This document shows, piece by piece, positions 24,801 through 38,300 of a stretch of 64,000 nucleotides of DNA. Both the position numbers and the translations under genes were made by a program. This stretch comes from Amoebophrya sp. A120 (lineage: Eukaryota; Protista; Dinoflagellata). The DNA is taken from NCBI GenBank assembly GCA_905178155.1, contig CAJINV010000004.1:4272518-4336517 (forward strand), in the 5' to 3' direction. Within the stretch, counting starts at the first letter, position 1, and each line of letters opens with the position of its first letter. The notes under the pieces were generated by a model that saw only the letters and a list, made by a program, of their open reading frames with translations, was not told the DNA's origin and searched no databases.

Positions 24801-27293
24801 TTGCAGATCGGGTCGGGTGATGCTAGTGCACATCATCATCCTGGTGGCCCCTCGTCTGGTGATCTCCTATTGCTTCACAGCATAGCTGAAGGCAGCGACC
24901 ACACGAGTAGGAAAGTAGAAGGAGGAAACGCGAGGTTCGGCTCAACATCTCCGCTACTATCTCCCCGGTCCCAGCACTTCGCGTCCTCGTCGCCGCAACT
25001 TACTAGCAGGTCAGCTGGTGGTCGCGGTTGTAACAAGATTAAGTTGATGAGTCTAGCTTTGTCTCCCTCGTCAGCAACAAGAACCTCCTCGCCGCAGCAA
25101 ATGTCATCATCAAGACCGGCGTCGAGGAAAAACGTAGGAGTAGACTCAGCGCCAGAGCTGCATCGAGACGGTATCAACTATGCTGAGATCAACCAGTTCT
25201 ATTCCCCAGGATCAGCATCACCCGGCGTGGGCTCTTCAAATAATAATTGCAGTAGTCCACGAGGACGGGTGGCGTTCGGGCAGTTTGGACTTCTCGACGC
25301 GGATGGCCATTTGCGGGAGAAGCCGAGGCAGGTCAGATCGCCGCGCATGCGGATGGATGATCATTCGGATAATTCGGAAATGATGAATTTCAACCACGCG
25401 CTTCAGCCAGAGGACCATCTCCATCAACCCGCTGTGCCTTCCAGCACAGTTCCGCAGGCCCCGGTGTTTCTCACGGAGGAGAGGCAACGGCGAGTGCGCA
25501 CGTTGCTCGAGCAGCAGGGCTATGCAATGCAAAATAAGCATCTGTACTAGTATAAATTGCATTACAAATTCCCCCAGCATTACAAATTGAATTTGCAATG
25601 CTGATTTACTTTGAGAAAGAGATTTGTAATGCATAAATGCAATTACTACGAGTGCGATACTTTTGGACAGGATAAGGGCGAAGGATCGTGGTACGACCGT
25701 TGCGTGTCGAAGCCGGTGAATATGAATGTGCACAACTCCCCCTCCCCCTCATTTGTCATGCAAAATGCCCAATCCAGGCCAGGCCTCCTAGCACTGTTCG
25801 CATGACAAGTTCTGGAAGCCGCCGAAATAGCACTACAATCCTGTGCAAATCTGTCATGCAAAACCTGCATTCTGGCTGGCGCTTGTATTGCCGTTCATGC
25901 TACACAAATGAGGGCGAGGGGGAGTTGTGCATTGTCATAGTGAAAAAAGTGCGCAACCGGGCGGAGCAACTGGAGTTTCTGGCGCAGCTTTCGCAACGAG
26001 GCAGGCGCAGCGACACAGCGTCGACGGCTCCGTCGAGTAAGGAAAAAGAGTTGGGGATAAAAAACGGCAAGGACGAGGGAGGAGCAAAACCAAAAGCTGC
26101 ATCACGAGCGGGAGAGATGAATCCAAAAAATCGAAATCCTCTTGACCAGAAGACGGTGCTGCAACAAAAGCTGAAAGGAATCAAGCAAAAGCTTTTGCCA
26201 GTTGAACAGCTGCGTCAGGACCACGCCGAGAAAGGAGGCAGTAGTACCGGGCCTCCTGCGCAGGAAATAAACGAGCGAAAAAACAGCAAAAAGGACAAAA
26301 GTTTGGAGGCTGCTGAAAAGACGCCGAACTCGGGTCCAGCAGCAGTTGTAGATGACGCCGTGAAGCACAAGACGGCGGCCGCTACAAGTAGTAGTGCACA
26401 CCACGACACGACGACAGCACACGAAAATGAATTAAACGCGGCCGACGACGTGGTCGAAGACAGCGACCCACCCCTTCCTTCTTACGACGCAAAGGAACAG
26501 CTTGCTGCAGAGAGAAGACAACAGGCCGCACAGCTGGCAACCGCATGGAATAAAGCCACGGGTGCCCCCGCTGCATCCGCCGCTGCGAAAGAGGAGCTTG
26601 GGGACAGAACGACTGGTCGTGATTTTTACAAAGAGCAGCGCAACAGCACGAAGAGCTACGGCTCTAGTGAAGAAAACCCGCCTGATGGTGAAGATGTTGA
26701 GCAGCAGGACCTCCATTGTCACCCTGAAGATGAACAACCGCAACAGGAAGATCAAGATGGTGATGAGTTAAAACAAGTATTCGACCCGATAGAGTCCTCA
26801 GTCCTGCAAAACATCGATCGCGCTTTTGATCAAGTGGCACAGCACTCAAGTATATCCTGTGCAAAAGTATCGTACTCGTAGTAATTGCAAACATGCATTA
26901 CAAATCTTGCTCTTAAGGTAAATCCGCATTACAAATTTTCTTTCTCATGCTGAGGAAATTTGTAATGCATTTATACGAGTGCGATGCTTGTTTTGCAATG
27001 CATAAAGTACCATGGGTGGGCCTGATTTACGGAAAAAATTAAGCGTGCGGCGAAGACAAAGCAGCGTTTGCGAGGCGGCAGGGGTGGAGAGATGTTGCCC
27101 TGTAGTTGAGGAGTTGCTGCAGCAAGACGAGAACCTGCTCCACAAGGACCACGGTGCAGCCAAAACGACCAGCGCAACATCTACTTCGGAGGAGCTTGAG
27201 GTGCTGTACTCCTCGGTTGTCGAGCCGTACCTCTGGAACGCGCTGGGGTCGCTGTTGAAGCAGGCGACGGGGGGAGGTGGAGCAGGTGTTTGA
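21861..27293 (+). CDS. Large low-complexity protein of unknown function (multi-exon)
   Basis: ORFs 21840-22481, 22640-23374, 23325-25550, 25688-26881 and 27012-27293 link through GT-AG intron 22478-22599, a short intron near 23331-23414 (boundaries uncertain) and TIR inserts 25521-25674, 25721-25939, 26853-27004. Confidence 0.65.
25521..25674. mobile_element. Introner, family B
   Basis: TATGCAATGCAAAA..GATACTTTTGGACAGGATA; TSD agggc. Confidence 0.92.
25721..25939. mobile_element. Introner, family C
   Basis: Family-C TIRs; TSD gtgaa. Confidence 0.93.
26853..27004. mobile_element. Introner, family B
   Basis: TATCCTGTGCAAAAGTATCGTACTCGTA..TTGCAATGCATA; TSD aagta. Confidence 0.93.
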
Positions 27294-28379
27294 TTAACCG
27301 TGGCGGAAGCGAAATTTGTAATACGGCAGCATGAGGCGGGTCGCGGTCGTCTGGATCCGCGGACAAGTGGCGCGTGCACATGATCAAGCTGTAAATACTA
27401 CGAACAAATAAAGATAAAAAATCCACCTACATGTAGATGTAGAGGAAGTTAAAGTTTGAGTTTGAGTGACATGAATTACGACCAGCAGGGCACCAGAGGA
27501 AGACGTAACTGCTACTGCTCCGAGTAGAGAAGTACTTTCATTGAGTGATTGGTGATCTTCATGGTGCGCATTGTTATCTAAGAAAGTATCTTGTTTTGTA
27601 TGATTTCACGATGAGTAAACCCCAGAACGAATTGTACGATTTGACTTGCCCTTCTTGCACGACGATCAAAATTCGGACAAACCTTGTACATGAAAGTGAC
27701 GTGCTCCAACGTGCAGAAACAGATAAAACGTGGACTATGAAGATATGTTTCGCTTCGAACGGATTTTCTTCTAGAGCCTCGCATGCACGAGTAAGTACTT
27801 ACTTGCAACTGTCAAAAGCAAAAGGATTCGGTGATTTCAGCACCACCGGTTGTAAAAAAATCGGTTGTTACGCTCAGTTGCTACATGTCAGTCGGCCAAA
27901 CAATCTTTTCGTCGCTCCTCTAGTCGGTTTCGTACGAAATTATTGGAGGAACAAAACAAAAGCCCAACATTCTTAGTTCGACGTCTGATCGGTGTTTCGT
28001 ACCAAAAGTAACAAAAAACCGCGTGCTGTCGGTCATGTCGTGCCGCCACTCGTTCCGATGATGTCACGTGCTCTCGTTTCGTTCCTTCGTCCTTTATCTC
28101 TTGCCATGTCGACCATGTTCATATGCATCAAGAAGCAAGTTTTTGCTCCTTTCTCCCGTTGCAGGCGATTACACCTCTTTGATACCCCCTAATTTCATGT
28201 TCAGTCGTGTTTTGTAGCTGACGAGTCGTTCCTGCAGAACAATAACACTCTCTTGCTCTTCTACCCCACTACATACTTCTTGCGTGGTACGATCGCCCCC
28301 TAGAGCCTTCTTTTGGAAGTAGAACATTTGCGAATACTTTGCTCAGTCGACAACTTCATCCATCTTCTCCACAGTAAAC

Positions 28380-31300
28380 ATGCAAGTCCTCGAAGAGACG
28401 CCCTCCCATTTCACCCTTCTCTGCACGTGCGATGGTGCGCAGAAATCGCTGGGAATGGCGGTGCGGCAGGATGGTCAAATCACTGCGGTCGGCCCCAATT
28501 CCTGGGCAGAGCAGATGGGGATAAAAATCCACGATGAACTACTATTCGAGGAGAAGCAGACGTATCAAGAGATGCTGATGCGCCTGAAACTGGAGAGACC
28601 CTTGGCTTTGAAACTGAAGCGCATAAAGTTTGCGGGGGAAGTGTACGAAGTGGTGTGTGCGGAACGGAAACTGGGCTTTCGCTACTACCTATCAACTGTA
28701 AAAATGTCTGGGTCTGGAAGATTGCACCTTGTCATGCTGTTTTTGGACTCTAAAAAATTTTGTATTGCATGACCAGCGAGAGGGGCGCCGATTGTGCTAC
28801 ACGGACAGGGTATTTCTCATGCGGAAGGTGCATCAGGAAGACCTCTAAATGTCTGCGATGCTAGGTCATGCATTACAGGCATCATGGTTCATGAGAAATA
28901 TGCATGACAAGTCTCGCATTCTTCCAGACCCAGACACTTTTGCAATCCATACTACCACGGCGTGGTGGTTGAGGTGAAACCGGACAGCTGGGCAGGAGCG
29001 GTGGCGGGAATATTGGTAGAGTAGCTTTTTACGTGGTGGGCGATGTTAATTTTCAGTTTTTTTGTGCTTGTGCTACTGGTACTGGTACTGCTATGTCAGT
29101 CTTGGTACTAGTTGTATGGGTCTCTCCACCAAGTGATGAAGAACTCGAATGTACTTAAGTATCCTCTTCGCTCGGTTCTAAAAATTGACTGCGACAACTT
29201 TATGATCCAAACCCACTATACAAATAAATCAGCCCGGTGACAAGCTTTTGGAGATCCAAGATCTCGATTGCACCCGACCCGGCGTCACCGCGGACGACAT
29301 GCTCGCAGCACTGCGACAGCCCCGGCCGACGAGATTGCTGCTGCAACGCCCGAAGAGCATGGACGACGCCATTGCGGACATGGCAGCGCAGATGGTCCAG
29401 ATGGAAGCCGAGAAACAAGCGGACATGATGAACACCAAAGCAAAAGCTGTTTCTGCGAATACGCCAGAACCTGAAGTTGCAGCTCACCAGCCGCAGCTGC
29501 AAGTATTAAACCTCACTGACCCAGTTGCACCAGCTGCACCAACGAACCGGAGGAGCATAGCTGCCTCCGGCAAGAACTTCACGCGCCCGACGCTGGAAGA
29601 AATCCGCGGGAGTACCGCGCCGGGATTGCCCGCTAGCGGTGGAGAAGCTGCAAACAACAACCGCAGCAGAACGCCTTCCACAGCCTCCAACTCGTCGCCG
29701 AAAAAGGACGTGAACATCCGCTGGCCGGAAGATCTGCAGCCCGGACAGCAGCTGCACCTCCACACTGGGAACACCCCAATTTCGTCCCGGTCGGGGTCGC
29801 TTGGCAATTCGTCCGCTCTAGAGCCGGTCGCGGAAGAGAATGAAGTAGAAGTAGAGAGAACTGTACTAGCGGAGGATAATGGTTTAGGAGTTTACCAGAC
29901 GAAATCGAAAACGAATCCACTTCATCAAAATGCGAAACTGACATCAACTCCGAGCAGTTCTTCTTCCCAAACGCTGAAACTCGAACCCGTTTTCGAGGAA
30001 AACGAGCAGGCCACGCATTTTCACAAGGATTTCGATTTTACGTCCCCGACTTCTTCCGGATCTCTGAAAGGCGAGGATTGGCCGGAAGATTTACTCGTTC
30101 GCTCCAGGTCCTCGCAAAGTGGCCGGGGGTTCAGCTCGCCCAGCGCGCTCGCGCCGGTTTTGGAGGAACGGTTGGAAGATTTGGCGAAGGAGCAGGACGA
30201 TGACGAGGAAAATGAGTTTGCCGTGGAGGAGTACCCGAACTCTACTTCCGACAACAATACCACCCCGGGCCGAAAACCGTCGCCCCGCGATCCCCGCGGA
30301 CCCAGCGACGCCAACGTCCAAGCAGCGGTGGCGGCGGCGAGGGACATATACTCCCTCGATGACCGGGGGGCTCCGGAGGAAGATCTGAACATTGTTTTGG
30401 CAATTAACGAACGGGAGTCCGAGAAACGGGGTCCTTCGGAAACCGATCTCGCGCTGGCGATAAACTTGGCGGAGCAGATCCAGAAGATGGAATCTGCGGT
30501 CGGAGAGCTCTCCGCAAGGAGCGACAGGCCACTTGGTGATGAACCACGGGCGGGAAATCAGTCTTCGGTCGTGACTTTACCAAGGGACTCAGCTTCGCAG
30601 GATACCGAGCGGACAAGTGGGCAAACCGAAATTATGCTACCCCGAGACAGCGCGGAACTAGGGGTAAGGCAAACGGAAGTTGGCCTACCAAGGGAGAGCG
30701 TCGACGATGATCAGCCTGATACGGAAATGCTGGCTAAGGAAACTGCGCCGAGAAGTAGCAAGAAAATCACGCAATTGCACACGAGCAAGCGCGCCAGCGT
30801 CGTTCTTGCGCCCGGCGAATCATTGACTGGAGGGACAAGAGATAAAGATTCTCTTGCACATAAAGGCCGGCAGAGTGTGCCAAGCGTGAACTTCTACAAT
30901 GACAATTTGGGCACATCATCTTCTTCGCCCTCTACAACAGAAACAGGAAATAAGCGAAGTAACCGCAGAATGTCGCTCCCAGCTGGTACGGTCGGACCAG
31001 AAAGGGGGAGATCGCTGCTGGAACTGGGAAAACAAGAAGTTTCTGATGGTGGTACAACTTTTGATGAAAAGGACTTCGACGTAAATTCCATCATGGCAGA
31101 GGCCCAAAGCATGAAGAAAGCCTACGAGAAGAATGCAGCAGGGGTCGTACTAGACAAGTCGAAAACAACTAAACCCGCCGCGCCAACGCAAAGTGCGACA
31201 AAAGAAGATGTGGACAGCCGCTACCAGTTTGCGGAGAAAACGACCCTGATTTCCCCGGAAGCGAAAGCTAGAGACGACAAGAAAATGATGAGCCAGCTTT

Positions 31301-34300
31301 CTGTACCGGGCGGGAGTGCAGCTGCAGCAGGAGGTGCTGCTATCTCTCCAAGAGGTACGGGGAAGTCATTGGTCGGAACAACACTTCCCGGAACACCAGC
31401 GTCTCCGCGGGCGCCGGATGGAAGTAAAGTAGGCGACAGAAGTCCGAAAGCATCCCCAAGACCGTCTGCTGCCCCCAGCAGCAGTGCGATGAAGACAGCA
31501 CAAAACACCACCACCAGCCCCGATGTTCTTTCGGTAGCTGCAGAAACACGACCGGAAGATTCTTCTTCTGCATCCGCAGCGGCAGCTCAAACATCAAAGA
31601 TAAAGACCCGCGACGACGTGATCCTGCAAAAAGCGAAGCTGCAGCACCAGGGCAGCATGAAGATCCCGGAGGAAAACCACGGGGAGTTGGTCCAGCATTT
31701 TCACACCACACGGCTGCATTTGAAATTGAAGAACAACAAGCACGAAGTCTTTGAAGACGATTTCGATACGCCGCACCCGAATTTCGAAGCGCCGGGAGGC
31801 GCATCTTCAACGAGTGCGCAGAAGAAGAATCTGAGTGCGGCCGCAAGAATCGACTTGCATGAGAAGGAAATATTAAACACTAACGACTTCAAATCGACTT
31901 CTAAACCAGAAGGGGAGCAGCAAGGCGGTGGGATCGGAGGACTTGACGCCCAAGGTGGTGACACCTCGGACGAGCAAAATACCGCTTCTACGGCGGCAAC
32001 GACGCCCGCGAAGACGGTGAATTTGATAGACGCGCACCACCCGCCAAGGAGGTCCGAAGGACACGAGACGGATATTCCCCGGATGCACCCCGACGAGTTG
32101 CACTCGTCGAGCGCGGAGGAAAGAGTTGTAGAGGAAAATCCTAGTACAACAGCAGGCGCCGCTGGACAGAAACAGATCCAGATGAATACCTTCATGTACT
32201 ACCCTGAACAAGAAGATGATAAGGATTCCGACGTCGATGAGAAGATCTGGAGGCCGACCGGAAAGAACAGCGTCAACAGCAATTATGGAACAACATCGAA
32301 TCCCTCCGTGATCGTGACAAAAACCACCTCCCCGTCTACCTACCAGGCTAGTGTAGAAAAACCTTTTGAGCAACATTTTCTCCTCGAGCACGGGAAAGAG
32401 GTGTTGACCGGTCGTGTGTTTCAAGCTGCAATAAATAACGGCGGGGATACTGGTAGCCCGAGCGCCCTGCCCGCAGCGGTGCCGGTGAACTACGTAGGGG
32501 GTTTGGAGTTGCACAAGAACGACCACGCGGATGAAATCATGGGGTCTTACGGAAGTAGTACTTTCTCTCCGGCGATGAAGGAGCAAATGAAAAACGAGGC
32601 TGCTCTGATGAAACAGGAAGTAGCGCAGTTGTTGCTCGGAGGAAGTAGTGCGGCTGGTTCTGCTGCGCCGATGTTGAAAAATGACGATTTTGATACCAGA
32701 TCCGTCGAGATTAAAAAAGAAAGTGCTGACGATCAAGCATCTACTTTCAAGCGTGTCAGCATCGGCGAAACCGAAACCATTACGCCATCTAGTACTTCCA
32801 CTGAGATGAATCAGCAAGGGCAATCTATGGACGCGGTAACCACCTACATACTGTACGTGCTTAAGTGCCTCAATCCGTGCACCTGCTTCCAGGATGGGTC
32901 ACCCGCGGAGGCGGACAAAAAGAATAAAGCGGCTGGTGGCGCCGGGGGACAATCACAATTATATCCCGGCGAGAAAAAGAAGCTGGTCAGACTCCGGCCT
33001 AACCGCTCAAAGAGCGAGAATAATCTGGAGGATAAGGAAAAGGATAAGGAAAACGATGTTGATAAGGAAAACGAGACCATGTCAACAAATAAAACCGCGG
33101 ATGCGGCAACGGGTGCAGCTGGACCACCAGTCGTGAACCTGAATGAGCTGACTGACGAGGTAAAAAACGAGAAGATTATCCCGACGATCCAAGACAATTC
33201 TTCCAAATCCTCAAACCCCGTGATGAAGGCGGACCGTTTTTGGCACAGCGTGAGCGGAAATGAGCTGGGGAAGATGGTGGACGCGTTCAGGAAAGAAAAT
33301 CAAAATCACGATAGGGTGCAGCGAGGAACATCAAGCCCTTTGTTTCCCGCTTCATCACCCTTGCTGCAAAAACCGAAGATGGCCGACGCGTCGACGCAGG
33401 TGTTTGTGCAGTACGTGGACCGGGTGAATGGAGCAGTGATCCCGGGCACGCCGAGACTTATGTCCGCAAGATCCCCCCGGCCGACCCCCAGAACCGCAAA
33501 CCGCGTCGTGAAAGAGAACGAGAAGCGAACGTACAACCGGGTGCGGGGCACGTCGGGGATTGTGCGAACCCATGGGTTCTTAGGAATGGACTTGCGAGTG
33601 GGAGGAAGCAAGACAATCATGCCAGAGGCTGCTGGTGGTGTTGACGGTGCAGTTCTTGCGCAAGAGAACAGTGGGAACGGGAAGATGTATGTTAGCAAGG
33701 TACTTACATGTTGTACAGCATATGATTGCTTTATTTTCTGTTTTGCGCAAAATGAGATCAGAATTCGTCGTCTCGTCGTTCATATCACCATGCCACTTAC
33801 GATAACTATGATTACCATTACCCTTATGCTTATCGTACGAAATCGATCTAAACACAGCTCCGCACGCCTCGCAGTCCCACCTCTTTGCTGAACTTGAGTA
33901 AGATCCGCACCGCGGGCCTACGTCCCAGCAGTTCGAAGGCGAAACGGTTAAGCGTTGGGGTCTTACCGGTCGTGAAGGAGCAGTCAGGAGTTCTCCCGCC
34001 CATGCAGCCGGTCACTTTACTCGGCGTGAAGGAGAACGCGTTGATACCCGCGAATAGAATCGCAAAACAACAAGAACAGCAAGAACAGCCACAATTTGTT
34101 CCCCACATGCACGAGAACCACGAAGTCACACACCTCTATGATTCCGACCCGACAAATCCAAATGCCCTGTTCGAATACACCAAAGCCAGGAAAGACGGGG
34201 TCATGTCCGTCCCGGCCCCCGTGCGGTTCGAGGCCCCAAAGGTCAACTCCGAGGCCTTTCGCGCCGCCGCGGCGGAAAGAACGGCGAAATCGGTCGAGCA

Positions 34301-34562
34301 AATGCGCGAAAAGACGCGAGTTTTGCTGAGCGGGAGTTCCACGCCAGCGCCGAGTCCGACGGGTACGGTGGAGATGAACTTGCTTTTCGAGGGAGAAACG
34401 ACAGCGACACCGAATTCCGGTAGTACGCAACACAGTAGTGCTGGGGTTGCTGCGAACAAGGCTGAGCAGGGAGCACCACAAGCGGCAGTGGCAGATCAGG
34501 AAACCACAGTCGCTCGAAGTTCGCTGATGTCGTTTTTCTACCGCCCTACTTCTCAGCTGTAA
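28380..34562 (+). CDS. Protein with two N-terminal PDZ-like domains and a long disordered tail
   Basis: KSLGMAVRQDGQITAVGPNSWAEQMGIKIHDELL and RKLGFRYY|HGVVVEVKPDSWAGAVAGIL|PGDKLLEIQD match the PDZ pattern (LG-phi..V.P.S.A...G...GD.LL). TIR insert 28690-28951; GT-AG introns ~29016-29232 and 33700-33857. Confidence 0.72.
28690..28951. mobile_element. Introner, family A
   Basis: Family-A TIRs; TSD ctacc. Confidence 0.93.
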
Positions 34563-35354
34563 GCTGTTAGCTGCACTCGAGAACATGATGAATTAAAGAT
34601 CTTCGGAGATACAGGATTTTATGGTGGTTAAACTGAATCTGAATCTGAATTCCTCGACGAGCAGTGTGTGTTTTTCTTTTTACAAAGTAGGATTTAATAC
34701 GACGAGTTTTTTCATCTTTCCGTCTTTTTTCTTGTGTTTGTATTTTTCGCAGCCTGTTGTTGTAAGTACTTGCTTTTGGCCTTATTGTTATTCGGAGGAA
34801 GAAATCTTGTTATAGTTTAGTAGATCATCATAGCTTGAAAAATATCCACAACTAGTTTTTTCGTCAACACATTGTAGGCAAGAGAAGCATGATGCGCATG
34901 CGCATACGGATTTCGTACAGATGCTTTTTCTGATCTACTTTGACTGAAGTTTGAACTAAATGTCAACAGGTTATTCCGATTGAACACCCGCCGAGCCGGC
35001 GAGCGGGAAGCACGTACCCAGCCCCTGTTCACCAGCTTTGCGAATAGTTCCCTCCTCTCGTAGCACCATGCCTGCGAGTCACCTTGTGCGTCATTAATTA
35101 TCGCAAAACTCATGATGCATTCATCGTGAGAATAAATATACTGAGAGACGGAGAAGATGAAGAACTACAAGTAGAGCATGTTGCGATGTCTTTCTACCGA
35201 GTAGAGGCGTCGACGCACCACCATTCTCATGCCGTCCTGGAGGAGAGTTTCGAGATCGTGCTTCTGTGTTGTAGTAGTGTGTGTTTGGTATGCCTGTATG
35301 TGTTTGAAGAATTAGTATTAGAAGCCTTTTCGTCAAAGAGCGCACAAACCAAAA

Positions 35355-38300
35355 ATGGTGGACGTGTTCGGGTCCGCGACGCGGCCGAATTTCTTCCTGT
35401 GGGGCAAATGGGGGGAGCGCTTCGTCCCGGCCCCCTCACTCCAGCAGTCGATTCCGGAGGGAACTGTGTCCACCGTGGTGGGCGACGGGTTCATGCTGGC
35501 GCTGACCGAATCTGGGCAGGTGATGGCCTGGGGTGCGTCCAAATCCGGGTGTCTGGGGCTGGGCGCGGAGATGACGATCGCGCCCACACCCACGCCCGTC
35601 GAGTTTAAGTTCCACGGGGGGACCGAATACGAGCCGAGCGAGGCGGAGAAGAAGGACAGTCAAGAAGAAAACAAAGACGAAAAGGACCAGGACCAATTGT
35701 CCGTGAACATTGTGGAGTTGGTGAAGGTATGCAGTGCAAAATTATCGTACTACTATAAATTGCATTACAAATTTCCTTAGCATGACAGATGAAATTTGTA
35801 ATGCTGTTTTCGCTAAGGAAGGCGATTCGTCATGCATGTCTGCAATTAGGACGAGTACGATACTTTTGCACAGAATAGAAGGGCGAGAAGCACATCCTCG
35901 CCCGGACCGATAAGGGGGAGTTGTTCGCGTGGGGCCAGAATTCCATGGGACAGCTGGGGATAGGACCGCCGACGGGCAACGACATCCACTGTGAGCCGAT
36001 ACACGTACTTATTAAGGCTATGTAGTTCTATCTCTATGTGAAAGCAACAACATATTAAGCAAGAATTTCTACCGTAAGATTAGCTATGTTGCATCTTTTG
36101 ATTTTGTTTTAGTTTACTTCTTATGCAGAATTGATGTATTTCTATTAATTAAAGATGAGTCCTTTCTTGATCTTCATTGCTGCGGTCGTAATCTCAAGTA
36201 ATCGTATCGCAGACAATAGCAATACGTCGGGGTCGGACGTGCCTTGCCCTCGCCTCTGCCAACGTACAATTTCATATGAGTACAACGAACCTTCAAACCG
36301 AAAAAACGACATTTCACTTTCAGATTCCCATGAAGGACGCGCTAACCAACCTCCCGGTCGACGTGATGCAGATCGTTGCCAAGGGCAGCAGCTCCTTCGC
36401 ACTCTCCACTGCCGGCGAGGTGTACGTATCAAATGCAAAAATGTCTGGGTCTGGAAGATTCTAAACTTGTGATGCTGTGTTTGGATTCTAAAAAGAAATT
36501 GTATTGCAGGACCAGCAAGAGGTGGACTCCAGTTTCTCCTACGCGGAAAAGACATTTCTCATGCGGTAGAGGTATCACAAAGCCCTCTAAAAATCTCTGA
36601 TGCTACGGCATGCATCACAGACATCATGGCTCAGGGAAAATATGCATGACAAGGCTAGAAATCTTCCAGACCCAGACACTTTTGCATTTCCTAGTACGCG
36701 TGGGGAAGCAACGCGGAGTTCGCGCTCGGGCTGGACAATGTCCACTCGAGTTTTGTCTCCGTCCCGACGAAAAATCTATTACTGAACAAAACCGTCGACG
36801 ACCACGCGAACCCCCAGACGGTCTACGTCACGAAACTGCAGGTGTGCACGGAGCCGGGGACGAGCTCTTTGGTAATATGACAGTACACAACTCCCCCTCC
36901 CCCTCATTTGTCATGCAAAACCGAAATACCCAGTCCACCCTTTGTCTCTGGGCACTGTTTGCATGACAAGCTCTGGTAGCCCAAATAGCACTACACTCCA
37001 GTGCAGATTTGTGACGCGAAACCGGCACTCTTACTGATGCTTGTGTTGCCGTTCATGCTATACAAATGAGGGGGAGGGGGAGTTGTGCACTATCATAGGC
37101 GATCGCGTTCGTTGAAAAAGACCGTGACAAGCTCACCGCCGCCGCGGCCATGAACGGGTTTGGGGCGGACGGGAGACATGGTGGCGAAGGCGGTGGTGGT
37201 CCGGGTGGTGGAGCTATGCATTGCAAATATGTCTGGAAGGTTGGAACTTGTGATGCGGATTATGGAACAGGCAAAATAAAAATTTGTATATGCATGATCG
37301 CCAAAACCAAAAGCTGCCCCTTTCGTGCTACGCAAGTTGCGAATTTCCCATGCAGGATAGGTATCAGAAGGCCTGCGCCTTTCTGTAAAGTAATGCTTTT
37401 GCGTGCATTACAGACCATGTGCATAGTCCAAAAGATGCATGACAAACAACGGCCTTCTTCCAGACCCAGACATTTTTGCATTTGATAGAAGCCGGGGGAG
37501 GTGCTACCAGCGGTGTGAGGAAGGGCGCGAAGAACGCGACGGCCGAGGAGCAGGAACTTTACGAGGGGATCATGAGTCTGCGAGGAACCCTGCAGAAGGC
37601 GCGGGAGTGGACGGAGAAGCTCGAGCTGCGGTTCAGTAACGAGGAAGAGGACGAGATTCTTGTGAAGCCGGATGTGGATCTGGAATCCCAGCAACAGTTT
37701 TTGCAAGAGTTCCAACTGAACCTCCTGGAGCAGCGACCGCACGGCTCCAACACAACCAACTCCGTCGCGAAGATGACGACGATTGAATTCTTGCTGAAAA
37801 TCTTCCTGGAAAACGTGCACGCGAAGCAGGAACGGGTTCTCCGGCTCCAGCGTGCCCGGGCGGTGATCGCGGCAAAAACGGAAACCGCGAAGATGACGGC
37901 GCAGATTGCGAATTTTCGCCACGACGCGTTCGAAGAAATTCGGAAATTGCAGGGCCACGACGGGAAGCTGCAGGATCTGACGTTGAACATCGAGAAGCTC
38001 CGGGTGTCGGATAATTTGACGCGGGAACTCCAAATCTCGCTGGTGGAAACGCTGATGGCGTACGCATTGCAAAACTATCGTACTAGTAGAAAATGCATTA
38101 CAAATTCGCTCAGCATGACACATGGAATTTGTCATTCTGATTTACCTTGAGCAGGAGACTTGTCATGCATAATCGCGATTGCTACGAGTGCGATGCTTCT
38201 GCAATGCATATGGCGAAGAGACAGACGAATCTGACGAAGATCGAACTGCTGAAACGGCTCCAGGGACAAGAACCCGGAAGTCACATCAAGCCAGCCTTGC

